Source: Polyangia bacterium
GTDB taxonomy: Bacteria > Myxococcota_A > Polyangia > JAAYKL01
Assembly (NCBI GenBank): GCA_046484285.1
Contig: JAWOBP010000209.1
Coordinates: 659-64,658 of the forward strand
Direction of reading: 5' to 3'
Length of the DNA stretch: 64,000 nt
Shown: positions 8,401-16,728 of the stretch, one piece after another
Layout of the letters: the number at the start of each line of letters is the position of its first letter
Numbering within the stretch: the stretch's first letter is position 1
Position numbers and translations under genes: made by a program
Notes under the pieces: model-generated
What the model was told of the DNA's origin: nothing
The model's database searches: none
Seen by the model: the letters and a program-made list of their open reading frames with translations, nothing else

Positions 8401-9509
8401 TCCCGGACGGCTTCGTCTTCGTGCCGGCCGGCGAGCTCCTCTTCGGCAGCGGCGCGCCGGACAGCCAGCGGCGCGACTTCTTCCACACCGTCCCGATCCA
8501 CCCGCGCCGCACCGGGGCCTTCCTGGTGGCCAGGCGCGAGACGACCTTCGCGGACTGGCTGCGCTACCTGGAGTCGCTGCCTCCCTCGCGCAGGGAGGAG
8601 CGCATGCCGCGGGTGGGAGCCGGGGGATTCCAGGGCGCGCTCGGCCTGAGGCGCCTCGAGGACGGGCGCTACGAGCTGACCCTGGAGCCGTCCAGCGAGC
8701 GCTTCCGGGCCGAATCCGGGGAGAAGATCCGCTTTCCCGCGCGCCAGCGCCGCGCGATCCAGGACTGGCTGCTGTTTCCGGTGGCCGGAATAACCGCGGC
8801 CGACGCCGAGGCCTACGCGAGCTGGCTGGACGAGACAGGCCGCGTGCCCGGCGCGCGGCTCTGCTCGGAGCTGGAGTGGGAGCGGGCCGCGCGCGGAGCC
8901 GACGACCGCCGCTACCCGCACGGCGACACGCTGTCCGGGGACGAGGCGAACTACGACGACACCTACGGAAAAAAGCCGGGAGCGATCGGTCCCGACGAGG
9001 TCGGCTCGCACCCGGCCTCCCGCTCGCCGTTCGGGCTGGACGACATGGCGGGCAACGCCTGGGAGTGGACGCGCTCGGTTCTCGAGGAGGACGGCTTCGT
9101 CGCGCGCGGCGGCAGCTACTACTACGGAGAGAACTCCTGCCAGGTAGCGGAGCGGGCGGTGACCGAGCCCTCCTTTCGCGACGCCAGCGTGGGATTCAGA
9201 ATCTGCGCCGATCTCCGGCGGGAAGACGTCGACCGGCACGACCTGGAGCCGCGGCCTGAAGACCGCGGCAACTATGTCATGGCGGACAAGCCCTGCGGGC
9301 TGTCGTATGGACGCTCCTTCCCTTTCCTCGTAAGCCCGCCAGGGCTTGCGCGGAGCGCATCGTTGCCGTGGGGTTCACCCTGCGGCCCCAACGTTCATCG
9401 CCGACACCTACGCCTGCATCGAAGACCGCGTCGCCCACGCGGCGGTGTTCCGGCTCCGGCACCACCTTTCAGGGTCTGTGACACCCCGAAAAGGGGCTGG
9501 AGAAAGTAG
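5442..9509 (+). CDS. Ser/Thr kinase + nSTAND1-like NTPase + TM + PEGA-like + FGE-sulfatase (C-type lectin fold) domain protein
   Basis: Kinase motifs LGKGAMGEV, VAVK, HRDIKPAN, DFG and GTPAYMAPE. NTPase motifs NPYRGL, GDSGVGKSS, DQLEE and LPLLQFAL. TM helix WAAIGAAAVLCALIAGVYL. FGE motifs SPFGLDDMAGNAWEW, RGGSY and GFRICA. The last ~100 aa do not look native. Confidence 0.85.
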   Translation: MSRWKPGTEFDGYRLVRSLGKGAMGEVMLAHDTLLDRPVAVKLVTTAETDPRFRDRFAVEARAIARLQHPNVVAVHRIGELEGVPYLVSEYVEGEPLDSVELPLEERRVLRIAAGLAGALSMAHRRGVLHRDIKPANVILDVHGEAKLLDFGIAKLLSESPAPETEQGPGAAAPRETAHAESTAIVSTHEGASASSPDLTRAGATLGTPAYMAPEIWLGRPASPRSDVYSFGALLFALGSGSPPHAGLSIEQLARVVPRRPPPPAADAAPAISPELGAVIDRCLDLDPADRFSDGEELRAAISELTLRRHEGVLPGGNPYRGLNAFDAEHSGLFFGRDSEIRMVLDRLANEPMVLVVGDSGVGKSSLVRAGVLPRMDGWVEPPRRWKTAIAVPGRHPIAGLAAPLAALAGEPEREVERLLEEEPAGVGRWLRARLEDRNGAVLLLDQLEELVTLSVAEEAHLAAEALHWLAVPAPGIRVLGTVRGDFLGRLAELGPLGDDLGRALYFLRPLNEQRMRDAVVGPALAKGTSFESRELVGELVSSATSSRGGLPLLQFALAELWEVRRPGERTISKMALERIGGVEGALAGHADDVLSRLFSQEREAARRLLLRLVGPDGTRVRLSDAELGTDESASARRALDSLVRGRLVVARESEGLPAYEIAHESLVKGWPTLAGWLTRDAESRLARDRLRRAAADWERLGRGREGLFGAARLREVERVDPATLSKAERAFLSRSRRARHRRRWAAIGAAAVLCALIAGVYLGMEAAARAERREEVRLAVDEAERRVELAEKLDLEARAARERALRLFDEPEPDAAERDWKEYRKLEARARAAFAEASRRLETALLLAPERRRTREELADVILARALAAERGEDERAVEELLGRLALYDEDGGRIAAWNAPGRLTLTVEPQDAEIEIQRYVRRSEGRWSLEPVSARIRPRAGTELPPGSYLARLSAPGRSSVRMPFALRRDGETKIEISLPEADLVPDGFVFVPAGELLFGSGAPDSQRRDFFHTVPIHPRRTGAFLVARRETTFADWLRYLESLPPSRREERMPRVGAGGFQGALGLRRLEDGRYELTLEPSSERFRAESGEKIRFPARQRRAIQDWLLFPVAGITAADAEAYASWLDETGRVPGARLCSELEWERAARGADDRRYPHGDTLSGDEANYDDTYGKKPGAIGPDEVGSHPASRSPFGLDDMAGNAWEWTRSVLEEDGFVARGGSYYYGENSCQVAERAVTEPSFRDASVGFRICADLRREDVDRHDLEPRPEDRGNYVMADKPCGLSYGRSFPFLVSPPGLARSASLPWGSPCGPNVHRRHLRLHRRPRRPRGGVPAPAPPFRVCDTPKRGWRK
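9385..9468 (+). pseudogene. Decayed fragment resembling the subdomain-2a region of a DGR/group II intron-type reverse transcriptase
   Basis: It reads APTFIADTYACIEDRVAHAAVFRLRHHL, compared with the RT pattern F-I-x-D-S/T-Y-A-C-x-x-G-R/K-G-T-H-x-A-V-x-R-L. EDRVAH converts to EGRGTH by three single-base changes. Confidence 0.45.
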
Positions 9510-9571
9510 GGAATCCGTCCGTTTTTGCCGCTCGGTGAACCTTTCTTGCGACAGGGGAAAGCGAGGGAGCG

Positions 9572-11308
9572 ATGAAAAAGGCGGCGAGGCGAATCGCGTT
9601 GCTCTCGGTGTTGTTCGCGGCCCTGGGCTGCGGCGTCGAGACCGACAGCGCCTACGGCGATAATCCCGCGCAGGCGGGCGGCTACACCGATTCCGACTCC
9701 TTCGGCGAAGCCGACACCGATACCGAGCCCGGCGGACCTCCGCTGGACTGGGACGAGGACGGCTGGACGCCCCAGGGCAAGTGGGGCGCCGACGGCGACC
9801 TGGACGACGGCGGCTCCCAGCCCTACAAGAGCCACGTCTGGGAGTGTTTGATCTGCTCCAACAAGCGCGGGCCGAACAGCATCCCGGCCGCCGACCGGAC
9901 CGTGATCACGCCGACCGCGCTTTTGGAGATGGTCGGCAAGATCCCGCAGCCTCCGCCGGAAGAGGACGCGGATCCGACCGTGCTCTACCTCTCCGCCGAC
10001 GACTCCAACTCGCAGTCCTCGGCCGCCGTGCTGCGCGACATGGTCCTCAACGGCGCGATCGTTCCCGCGGGCAAGGTCCGGATCTGGGAGCTGCTCAACT
10101 ACGCCGGGTTCTCCTATCAGCCGCCAGCGGGCAAGGCGCTGCGGATCGAGCCCCAGCTCCGGCCCTACGATTTCGAGCAAGGCATCTACGCGCTGCAGAT
10201 CGGCTTGCAGGGGCGGATGATCGGCGACACGCGGCGGCCGCTCAACGTGACCTTCTCGCTGGACACGTCGGGATCGATGTCTGGCCAGCCGATCGCGCTG
10301 CTAAAGGAGACCTGCGCGGCGATCGCCTCCAGCCTGCGCGAGGGCGACCGGGTCTCGATGGTCGACTGGTCCACCACGCAGAACGTGGCGCTGGACTCGT
10401 TGGAGGTCCAGGGAGCGGACGATCCCGACCTGCTGGACGCGATCGGACAGCTCTCGGCGAGCGGCGGGACCGATCTCCACTCCGGCCTGGTCTCCGCCTA
10501 CCAGCTGGCGGGCGACAACTTCATCGAGGGCGGTATGAACCGCGTGGTGCTGATCAGCGACGGCGGCGCGAACGTGGGCGTCACCGACGCGGACCTGATC
10601 GCCGAAAAGGCCGCCGGCGGCGAAGCGGAGGCGATCTACATGGTCGGGGCCGGCGTGGGCGACACCTACTCGGGGACGTGGGGATACAACGACGAGCTGA
10701 TGGACACGGTCACCGACCTGGGCAAGGGCGCGGCGGTCTTCGTCGACTCCCAGGCCGAGGCCCACCGCCTCTTCGAGGAGCGCTTCCTGGCCAACATGGA
10801 GATGGTCGCGCACGACGTGCAGGTCGAGCTGACGCTTCCGCCCCACTTCGAGATGTACGAGTTCTTCGGAGAGGAGTACTCGGAAGAGGCCGACGAGGTC
10901 GAGCCCCAGCACCTGGCGCCCAACGACGCGATGATCTTCCAGCAGCTGATCAAGACCTCCCAGCCGGAGCAGGTCCTGGCCGACTACGAGATCGGAATTC
11001 ACGTCACCTGGACCGACGCGTTGACCGGTCAGCCCGACGAGGCGCAGGGGAGCTGGACGCTCCAGGATCTGGCCGACGCGCCGGCGGACGATCTGCGCAA
11101 GGGGGACGCCGTCGTAGTCTACGGGCAGACGTTCGGCCGCGTCTACGAGCGTCACACCGCGCAGGATCACGACGGGGCGATGCTGGAGTGCCAGTGGGGG
11201 CGGTCCGTGGTCGAGGAGGCGGCCGAGGAGCTGGGCGACGCCGAGCTGCTCGAGATGGAGATGCTGCTCGACTACTACTGCTCGACGGTCGTGGCCAGCT
11301 ACCTGTGA
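9572..11308 (+). CDS. VWA-domain lipoprotein (YfbK-like)
   Basis: Lipobox FAALGC, MIDAS motif LDTSGSM, GGTDL and RVVLISDGGAN. RBS GAGGGAG. Confidence 0.8.
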   Translation: MKKAARRIALLSVLFAALGCGVETDSAYGDNPAQAGGYTDSDSFGEADTDTEPGGPPLDWDEDGWTPQGKWGADGDLDDGGSQPYKSHVWECLICSNKRGPNSIPAADRTVITPTALLEMVGKIPQPPPEEDADPTVLYLSADDSNSQSSAAVLRDMVLNGAIVPAGKVRIWELLNYAGFSYQPPAGKALRIEPQLRPYDFEQGIYALQIGLQGRMIGDTRRPLNVTFSLDTSGSMSGQPIALLKETCAAIASSLREGDRVSMVDWSTTQNVALDSLEVQGADDPDLLDAIGQLSASGGTDLHSGLVSAYQLAGDNFIEGGMNRVVLISDGGANVGVTDADLIAEKAAGGEAEAIYMVGAGVGDTYSGTWGYNDELMDTVTDLGKGAAVFVDSQAEAHRLFEERFLANMEMVAHDVQVELTLPPHFEMYEFFGEEYSEEADEVEPQHLAPNDAMIFQQLIKTSQPEQVLADYEIGIHVTWTDALTGQPDEAQGSWTLQDLADAPADDLRKGDAVVVYGQTFGRVYERHTAQDHDGAMLECQWGRSVVEEAAEELGDAELLEMEMLLDYYCSTVVASYL

Positions 11309-11330
11309 GCCGAGCGAGCGCGCCGGGCGG

Positions 11331-12260
11331 CTACTCGACCGGAGGCAGCACCTCGGCGGCGAGGCGGAAGATCAGGAACTGGTGGTCGGGGTTGTCCCCT
11401 TCTCCGTAAGGCCAGATGAAGGGGCTCTCGTCCGGCCAGGTGATGTTCTGCGGGTCCCAGTTGAACCACATCCACCTGGCCTCGTCGTCCATCACCTCCG
11501 AGCAGACGATCGGGAACTCGTTGCCCGGCTCGGGCGTGGTCCTCGGCGTGGTGTTGTCCTCTCCGATGCACAGCGCTCCGTACTCGTGTCCCACGTGGTC
11601 GACCCAGCCCACGCTGGTGGTGAACGGATCGTGGCTCCAGTACTCGTTGCAGGCGGTGATATGCTCGTTGATCGTCTCCAGCTCGGGACCGCCGCTGCCC
11701 GGATCGAAGTTCTCGCCCGTGGCGCAGACCTCCCAGGCCTCGTCGCCGGTGTAGATCAGGTCGCCGAAGCCGCCGACCCCGCCGGCGCGTCGGAACTGGC
11801 CCAGCACGCCCTGGGTCGTGGCCGAGTCCGCGTAGGCGACGATGTAGAGGTACTCGGCGTCGATCGCCGCCTCGGGCGGAATCTCGTACTCCTCGGGGCC
11901 CTCTCCGCAGTTGAAGATCTCGCCGGCCAGGGAGGCCTCCATTCCACCGTAGTAGCTCTGCATCTCCTCCTCGGTCCCGTAGCCGAACCCGTAGGCGTTG
12001 TCCGCGGTGATCACGACCTGGATGCTCTCTCCGGAGGTCTCCGTGTCGGTGCCGGTATCGGCATCGGTATCGGCACCGGTGTCGGCATTGGTGTCGGCAT
12101 CGGTGTCCGCGTCGGTGTCCGTGTCGGCATCGGTGTCCGCGTCGACGTCCGCCGAGCCGTCGTCGTCGCCGCCACCGCCGGACGAGCCGGCCGCTTCGCA
12201 TCCGGTCGCCAGCGCGATGCCACAGCAAAGCAAACATACTCCGAATTCAAAGATCCTCAT
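11331..12260 (-). CDS. Lipoprotein with Asp-X repeat stalk and a probable beta-sandwich/lectin-like domain
   Basis: ATG at 12260 with an AGGAG RBS, lipobox LATGC, a (DA/DT)n tract, then VITADNAY. Function unknown. Confidence 0.7.
   Translation of the reverse strand: MRIFEFGVCLLCCGIALATGCEAAGSSGGGGDDDGSADVDADTDADTDTDADTDADTNADTGADTDADTGTDTETSGESIQVVITADNAYGFGYGTEEEMQSYYGGMEASLAGEIFNCGEGPEEYEIPPEAAIDAEYLYIVAYADSATTQGVLGQFRRAGGVGGFGDLIYTGDEAWEVCATGENFDPGSGGPELETINEHITACNEYWSHDPFTTSVGWVDHVGHEYGALCIGEDNTTPRTTPEPGNEFPIVCSEVMDDEARWMWFNWDPQNITWPDESPFIWPYGEGDNPDHQFLIFRLAAEVLPPVE
12041..12168 (-). repeat. Asp-X dipeptide repeat tract (6-nt periodicity)
   Basis: Encodes DDDGSADVDADTDADTDTDADTDADTNADTGADTDADTGTDT. 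Confidence 0.9.
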
Positions 12261-12428
12261 TTCGATTACTCCTTTCAGCTCGACACCGACATTGTACAGG
12301 CTTTTGTTGTTCTGGGGTTCTTCTTGTGCTGTGCGGCGCTCGATTCCGCCCACTTGTGTTTCGATCCATTTTTGTGTGTCATGTGGAGGGTGATCTCTTC
12401 CAATCGAGAAACTCCGAGGAGTAGGGAG

Positions 12429-13328
12429 ATGAACGAAGCTCGCAAGTACCGACTGCGCCTGTTGTTCCAGGAGATCGATCTGCCGCCCGGCCTGTTCTCG
12501 ATCGGCAGAGCGACCAACTGCACGATTACGATCGACGATCCGCTGGTCTCGCGGCGTCACGCCGAGATCGCGGTCTCGGAAGACAACGTGCTTTTGCGCG
12601 ATCTCGACAGCCGCAACGGCACGCGCGTCAACGGAAAACAGGTCGAGGGCGAGCAGCCGTTGAGGCACGGGGATCGGATTCGGATCGGAGGGTACGAGTT
12701 CGTTTTCATCGTCGACCTCGAGCAGCTCGGCGACCTCTCGACCCAGACGATGCAGACGGTGCGCTGCAGCGGTTGCGGAAATATCTACCCGGAGCACATG
12801 TCCGCCTGCCCGGCCTGCGGGCTGGAGCGCTCCGAGCAGGACGCGGCCGCCGGGCCGAAGCCCGTGCCGGACGAGAGCACGGCTCCGATATCGGTCGACG
12901 AGCTGGACAACCTGAGCGACTCGATGCTGAGCCACAGCACCCGGATGATCGACGAGGTGATCCAGATGGCGCTCTCGATGGAGCGCTTCGAGAAGGCCGC
13001 CGACTTCATCGATCGCAAGGTGGCCTCCCTGGAGCGTCGTCTTTCCGGCGGAACTGTTCGCGCCGCGGACCTGGTGCGCGTCAGCGAGTTCAACCTCGCG
13101 GCGGCTCGGGGTCTGCGCCAGGGAGAGCGGATCGGCTGGGTGCTGGACACCTGGACCGAGCAGGGGCTGGCGATGCCCGACGAGCTCTGCTCGAGAATCG
13201 AGGAGGCGGCGTCCGGCTGGTACGATCTGGGACCGGCCGTCTCCCGCTACCTGACGATGTTCGAGTCCGACCAGAAGCTGGCCGAGACACGCCCGCGTCT
13301 GGTCGAGCGCCTGCGCGCGATGCGCTGA
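12429..13328 (+). CDS. FHA-domain protein with a Cys4 zinc ribbon
   Basis: FHA motifs IGR, VSRRHA, SRNGT and GDRIRIG, then CSGC...CPAC. RBS GGGAG. Confidence 0.8.
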   Translation: MNEARKYRLRLLFQEIDLPPGLFSIGRATNCTITIDDPLVSRRHAEIAVSEDNVLLRDLDSRNGTRVNGKQVEGEQPLRHGDRIRIGGYEFVFIVDLEQLGDLSTQTMQTVRCSGCGNIYPEHMSACPACGLERSEQDAAAGPKPVPDESTAPISVDELDNLSDSMLSHSTRMIDEVIQMALSMERFEKAADFIDRKVASLERRLSGGTVRAADLVRVSEFNLAAARGLRQGERIGWVLDTWTEQGLAMPDELCSRIEEAASGWYDLGPAVSRYLTMFESDQKLAETRPRLVERLRAMR

Positions 13329-13335
13329 CGAGAAA

Positions 13336-14169
13336 TCAGGCTTCGTCCGGGAACATGTGCCCCTTGTCCCGCTTGGAGCGCACGTAACGGATGTTGTGAT
13401 CGCAAACGCCCGCCACGTGAGCCTCCATTCCCGCCACTTCCTGACCGGCTTTCTCCAGGTGCTCGCGCTTGAGCGGGTTGTTGGACATCAGGCGGACCGG
13501 GCGTCCGCGCAGCAGGTAGCGCAGCACGCAGGCGGCGTCGGTGAAGTCGCGCGAGTCCTCGGGTAGGCCCAGTGAGACGTTGGCCTGGTAGGTGTCCTGG
13601 CCGTCGTCCTGCAGCAGGTAGGTGATCGCCTTGGCCCACAGCCCGATCCCGCGTCCCTCGTGGCCGGACATGTAGATCACGGCTCCGCCGCCATCTTCGA
13701 AAATGCGTTCGAAGGCCGAGTCGAGCTGCGGCCCGCACTCGCAGCGCTTGGATCCGAACACGTCGCCGGTCATGCAGCAGGAGTGGATCCGAACCAGCGG
13801 CGCCTCGCTCTCGAGAAAGCCCGGGCAGGCCAGCAGCGAGTTGACCGACATGTTGGTCTGCAGCAGAGCGCGGAACCCCTCCTCTTCGCCGCTCCTGATC
13901 CGGTTCGCCGCGTCGAGGACATTCTTCAGCTCCACGCGGCGCACGAAGGTGTACCAGGACAGCACGCGCTCCTCGTCGCCGAACTGGCGCGGCAGCGGAA
14001 TCGGGCCCAGCAGGCTCACGAACGGCCTGTGCTCGCCGCCGTTCTCCACCGGCCGTCCCTCGGCGTCCAGGTGCACCAGCCGGCTGTCGTTCTCGAGCTT
14101 TTCTCGTATCTCCTCGTCAACGTAGCCGAACACGTCGCTCCTCCTCGTCCTCCTCCCGCCGAACTCCAT
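13336..14169 (-). CDS. ribA: GTP cyclohydrolase II
   Basis: Motifs VRIHSCCMTGDVFGSKRCECGPQL, HEGRGIGL, D SRDF, SNNPLK and K RDKGH. Confidence 0.85.
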   Translation of the reverse strand: MEFGGRRTRRSDVFGYVDEEIREKLENDSRLVHLDAEGRPVENGGEHRPFVSLLGPIPLPRQFGDEERVLSWYTFVRRVELKNVLDAANRIRSGEEEGFRALLQTNMSVNSLLACPGFLESEAPLVRIHSCCMTGDVFGSKRCECGPQLDSAFERIFEDGGGAVIYMSGHEGRGIGLWAKAITYLLQDDGQDTYQANVSLGLPEDSRDFTDAACVLRYLLRGRPVRLMSNNPLKREHLEKAGQEVAGMEAHVAGVCDHNIRYVRSKRDKGHMFPDEA

Positions 14170-14267
14170 ACACCCGCGGCCCGAGCTTTTCCAGACCTTC
14201 AGCGGCGGGTTTTTTCTCGATTGACCGGACAGGCGGGGTGAATACCTGTATGCTCGAAGGCGGAACG

Positions 14268-15230
14268 ATGAGATGGGCGTGGAAAATAGGCTCTCTGTTC
14301 GGCATTCCCGTGCGGCTGCACGTCAGCATGCTGATCTTTCCCGTGATCGCCTTTTCCTGGGTCGACGGCACCGGACCGCTGGGATTCGTGATCGCCGCGG
14401 CTCTGACCGTGCTGCTGTTCGGATCGATCCTGGCGCACGAGTTCGGTCATGCGCTCGTGGCGCGCCGGTTCGGCGTCCACACCCAGGACATCATTCTGAC
14501 CCCGATCGGCGGCATGGCCCGCCTGACCAGCATGCCGCGCAATCCGCGCCAGGAGATCTCGGTGGCGATCGCGGGGCCGCTGGTCTCGCTTTCGCTGGCC
14601 GGCATCTCGTTCGGGCTCAGCGCGGCGCTGTTGATGCTGCCGGCGATCTCGCCGGTCGTCCTGCAGGGCCTCGGCGCGCTTTTGTGGATCAACCTGATGC
14701 TGGGGCTGTTCAACCTGATCCCGGCCTTGCCGATGGACGGCGGACGCATCCTGCGCGGCTACCTGGCGATCAACCGCGACCATCTCTCGGCGACTCGCAT
14801 CGCGGCCCGCGTCGGACGCGTGATCGCGATCGCCGGCGGCGTGATCGGCGCCCTCTATTTCCGCTCGCTGGGCCTGGTGGCGATCGCGGTCTTCGTCTAC
14901 TTCTCGGCCGGAATGGAGGAGCGGATGGCGGAGATCCAGGAGGCGCGCCGCCGGGCGGCCGCGGGCTACGGAGGAGGAGCGAGCGATCCGTTCTCGGGGC
15001 ACGGGCCCCGCGTCCATACCTGGTCGTGGCGCTCGGGCGGCGGCGAGCAGCCGCCTCCCGGCTGGCGGGGTCGCCCGGTCGACGAGCACGAGGAGCCCTT
15101 CCGCCGCCGCCGGCACAGCGTCGATCCGCTCGAAGACCGCCTCCACCACGAGCGGGACGAGGACGAGCCGCTCGTGATTCGCGGCGGCAGGGCCGAGGTG
15201 ATCCGGCGCCGCGATCCGGAAGAAGACTGA
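14268..15230 (+). CDS. Site-2 protease (M50 family) membrane metalloprotease
   Basis: HEFGH zinc motif, AGPLVS and FNLIPALPMDGGRI, plus several hydrophobic segments. Confidence 0.9.
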   Translation: MRWAWKIGSLFGIPVRLHVSMLIFPVIAFSWVDGTGPLGFVIAAALTVLLFGSILAHEFGHALVARRFGVHTQDIILTPIGGMARLTSMPRNPRQEISVAIAGPLVSLSLAGISFGLSAALLMLPAISPVVLQGLGALLWINLMLGLFNLIPALPMDGGRILRGYLAINRDHLSATRIAARVGRVIAIAGGVIGALYFRSLGLVAIAVFVYFSAGMEERMAEIQEARRRAAAGYGGGASDPFSGHGPRVHTWSWRSGGGEQPPPGWRGRPVDEHEEPFRRRRHSVDPLEDRLHHERDEDEPLVIRGGRAEVIRRRDPEED

Positions 15231-15234
15231 GCGT

Positions 15235-15858
15235 TCAGCCCGCCGTCGAGATGCTCTCCATCAGGCGATCGATCGCCTCTCCGGGATCGGCGGTGCGGTT
15301 GACGCAGCGCACCGCGGCGATGTTCCGCGCGCCGGCGGCCAGCACCTCGTCGACGTTGGAGTGATCGATCCCGCCGAGGACCACCGCGGGAACGTCGGCC
15401 ACGGAGATCATCTCGTGCATGCCGTCCAACCCGATCGCGGGATCGGGGTTCTCCTTGGTCGGAGTGGGGAAAACGGGTCCCACCCCGACGTAGCTCGGCT
15501 CCAGCGCGCAGGCGCTGCGGGTCTGCTCCGGAGTGTGCGTGGACAGGCCGATCACCGCCTCGTCGCCCAGGAGCTTCCGGGCTTCGGACAGCGGCGCGTC
15601 TTGCTGGCCGAGGTGCACGCCGTCGGCTCCGCAGTCGCGCGCGATCCGCGCATCGTCGTTGACCACGAAGACGCGGTCGGCGGGCACGATCTCCCGCAGC
15701 CGGCGCGCCTCGCGCAGGACCTCGGCCGCAGGGGCGTTCTTGATCCGCAGCTGGATGACGCGCACCCCGCGCTCGACCATGATCTCGGCGAGCCGCGGGT
15801 AGCCGACCAGCGGATCGGTCAGGATTCCGTAGAGCCCGATCTCGCCGATCCCACGCAC
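15235..15858 (-). CDS. thiE: Thiamine-phosphate synthase
   Basis: Motifs IQLRIK, VNDD, GVHLGQQD, GLSTH, GPVFPTPTK and LGGI. Confidence 0.9.
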   Translation of the reverse strand: MRGIGEIGLYGILTDPLVGYPRLAEIMVERGVRVIQLRIKNAPAAEVLREARRLREIVPADRVFVVNDDARIARDCGADGVHLGQQDAPLSEARKLLGDEAVIGLSTHTPEQTRSACALEPSYVGVGPVFPTPTKENPDPAIGLDGMHEMISVADVPAVVLGGIDHSNVDEVLAAGARNIAAVRCVNRTADPGEAIDRLMESISTAG

Positions 15859-15862
15859 CCGA

Positions 15863-16630
15863 TCAGCCCATCTCGGCCAGCATCTGCTTCGCGGCGCGGC
15901 GGCCCGAGAGGAACATCCCGCCGAAGATCGGGCCCATGCGAAACGATCCGAACACGCCGTTGGCCGCCATCCCCGAGACGTACAGCCCGGGATAGACGCG
16001 CCGCGTGTTCTCCACGGTCGCCAGCTCGCCCCGCTCGGCCCACATCGGCTTCTCTCCCTGTACCTCGCCGCTGGCGGTCTCGAGCCGGACTCCGGCCTTG
16101 CGCGCGATCCGCGCGGTCAGCTCGGCGTCGTGACCGCCGGCGTCGAGCACGCAGCGCGCCTGGATCATCAGCGGGTCGACGTGCAGATCGCGGTCGATCA
16201 CCGGCGCCCAGTTGATCACCACCCCGCCGATCCGGCCCTCGCGGAAGATGACGTCCTCGACGAAGACGCCGTTGAGGATCCTGGCGCCGCTGTTGACCGC
16301 GCGGTAGATCAGCGCCGAGGCGACCTCGGTCGCGTCCGCGGTCACCACGCCCCGGTCCGGCGCGGAATGGCGCACGTCCAGATCGTCGAGCACGGAGAAC
16401 GCCTCCTCCTGGACGACGATCTCGTTGAACATCATCGCTCCGCCCCAGATGCCGCCCCCCGGCTCGAGGGCGCGCTCGAACACTGCGACCTTCTTGCCCG
16501 CGCGGGCCAGCTCCCAGGCGCAGATCAAGCCCGACGGTCCGGCGCCGACGATCGCGGCGTCCAGCTCCAGGCAGTCGCTCAGCTTGCGGTGGTATCCGTC
16601 GATTATCTTCTGTGAAATCAGGCGTTCCAT
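15863..16630 (-). CDS. thi4: Sulfide-dependent (non-Cys) adenosine diphosphate thiazole synthase, Thi4 family
   Basis: Motifs IVGAGPSGL, GGGIWGGAMMF, LHVDP (His in place of the suicide Cys) and RMGPIFGGMFLSG. ATG at 16630 with an AAGGAG RBS. Confidence 0.9.
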   Translation of the reverse strand: MERLISQKIIDGYHRKLSDCLELDAAIVGAGPSGLICAWELARAGKKVAVFERALEPGGGIWGGAMMFNEIVVQEEAFSVLDDLDVRHSAPDRGVVTADATEVASALIYRAVNSGARILNGVFVEDVIFREGRIGGVVINWAPVIDRDLHVDPLMIQARCVLDAGGHDAELTARIARKAGVRLETASGEVQGEKPMWAERGELATVENTRRVYPGLYVSGMAANGVFGSFRMGPIFGGMFLSGRRAAKQMLAEMG

Positions 16631-16728
16631 TCGGACCAGCTCCTTGTGACAGACCGAGTCCTTTGTCGACCCGCACTCGCGGTTCGTCAACAGCAATCTG
16701 CTTCCGGGTGGCCGGTCGGCCGGCGGCG

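Noticed and set aside
9100-9210. An active DGR (VR/TR pair)
   Set aside because: I found no template repeat, avd gene or intact RT in the window, so only a possible fossil is reported.
9520-9560. Sigma-54 promoter upstream of the VWA gene (GG...TTGC)
   Set aside because: The GG-to-GC spacing is 12 nt, not the required 10, and there is no TGGCAC.
16631-16728. TPP riboswitch ahead of thi4-thiE
   Set aside because: No CTGAGA or other conserved TPP core was seen on the minus strand.
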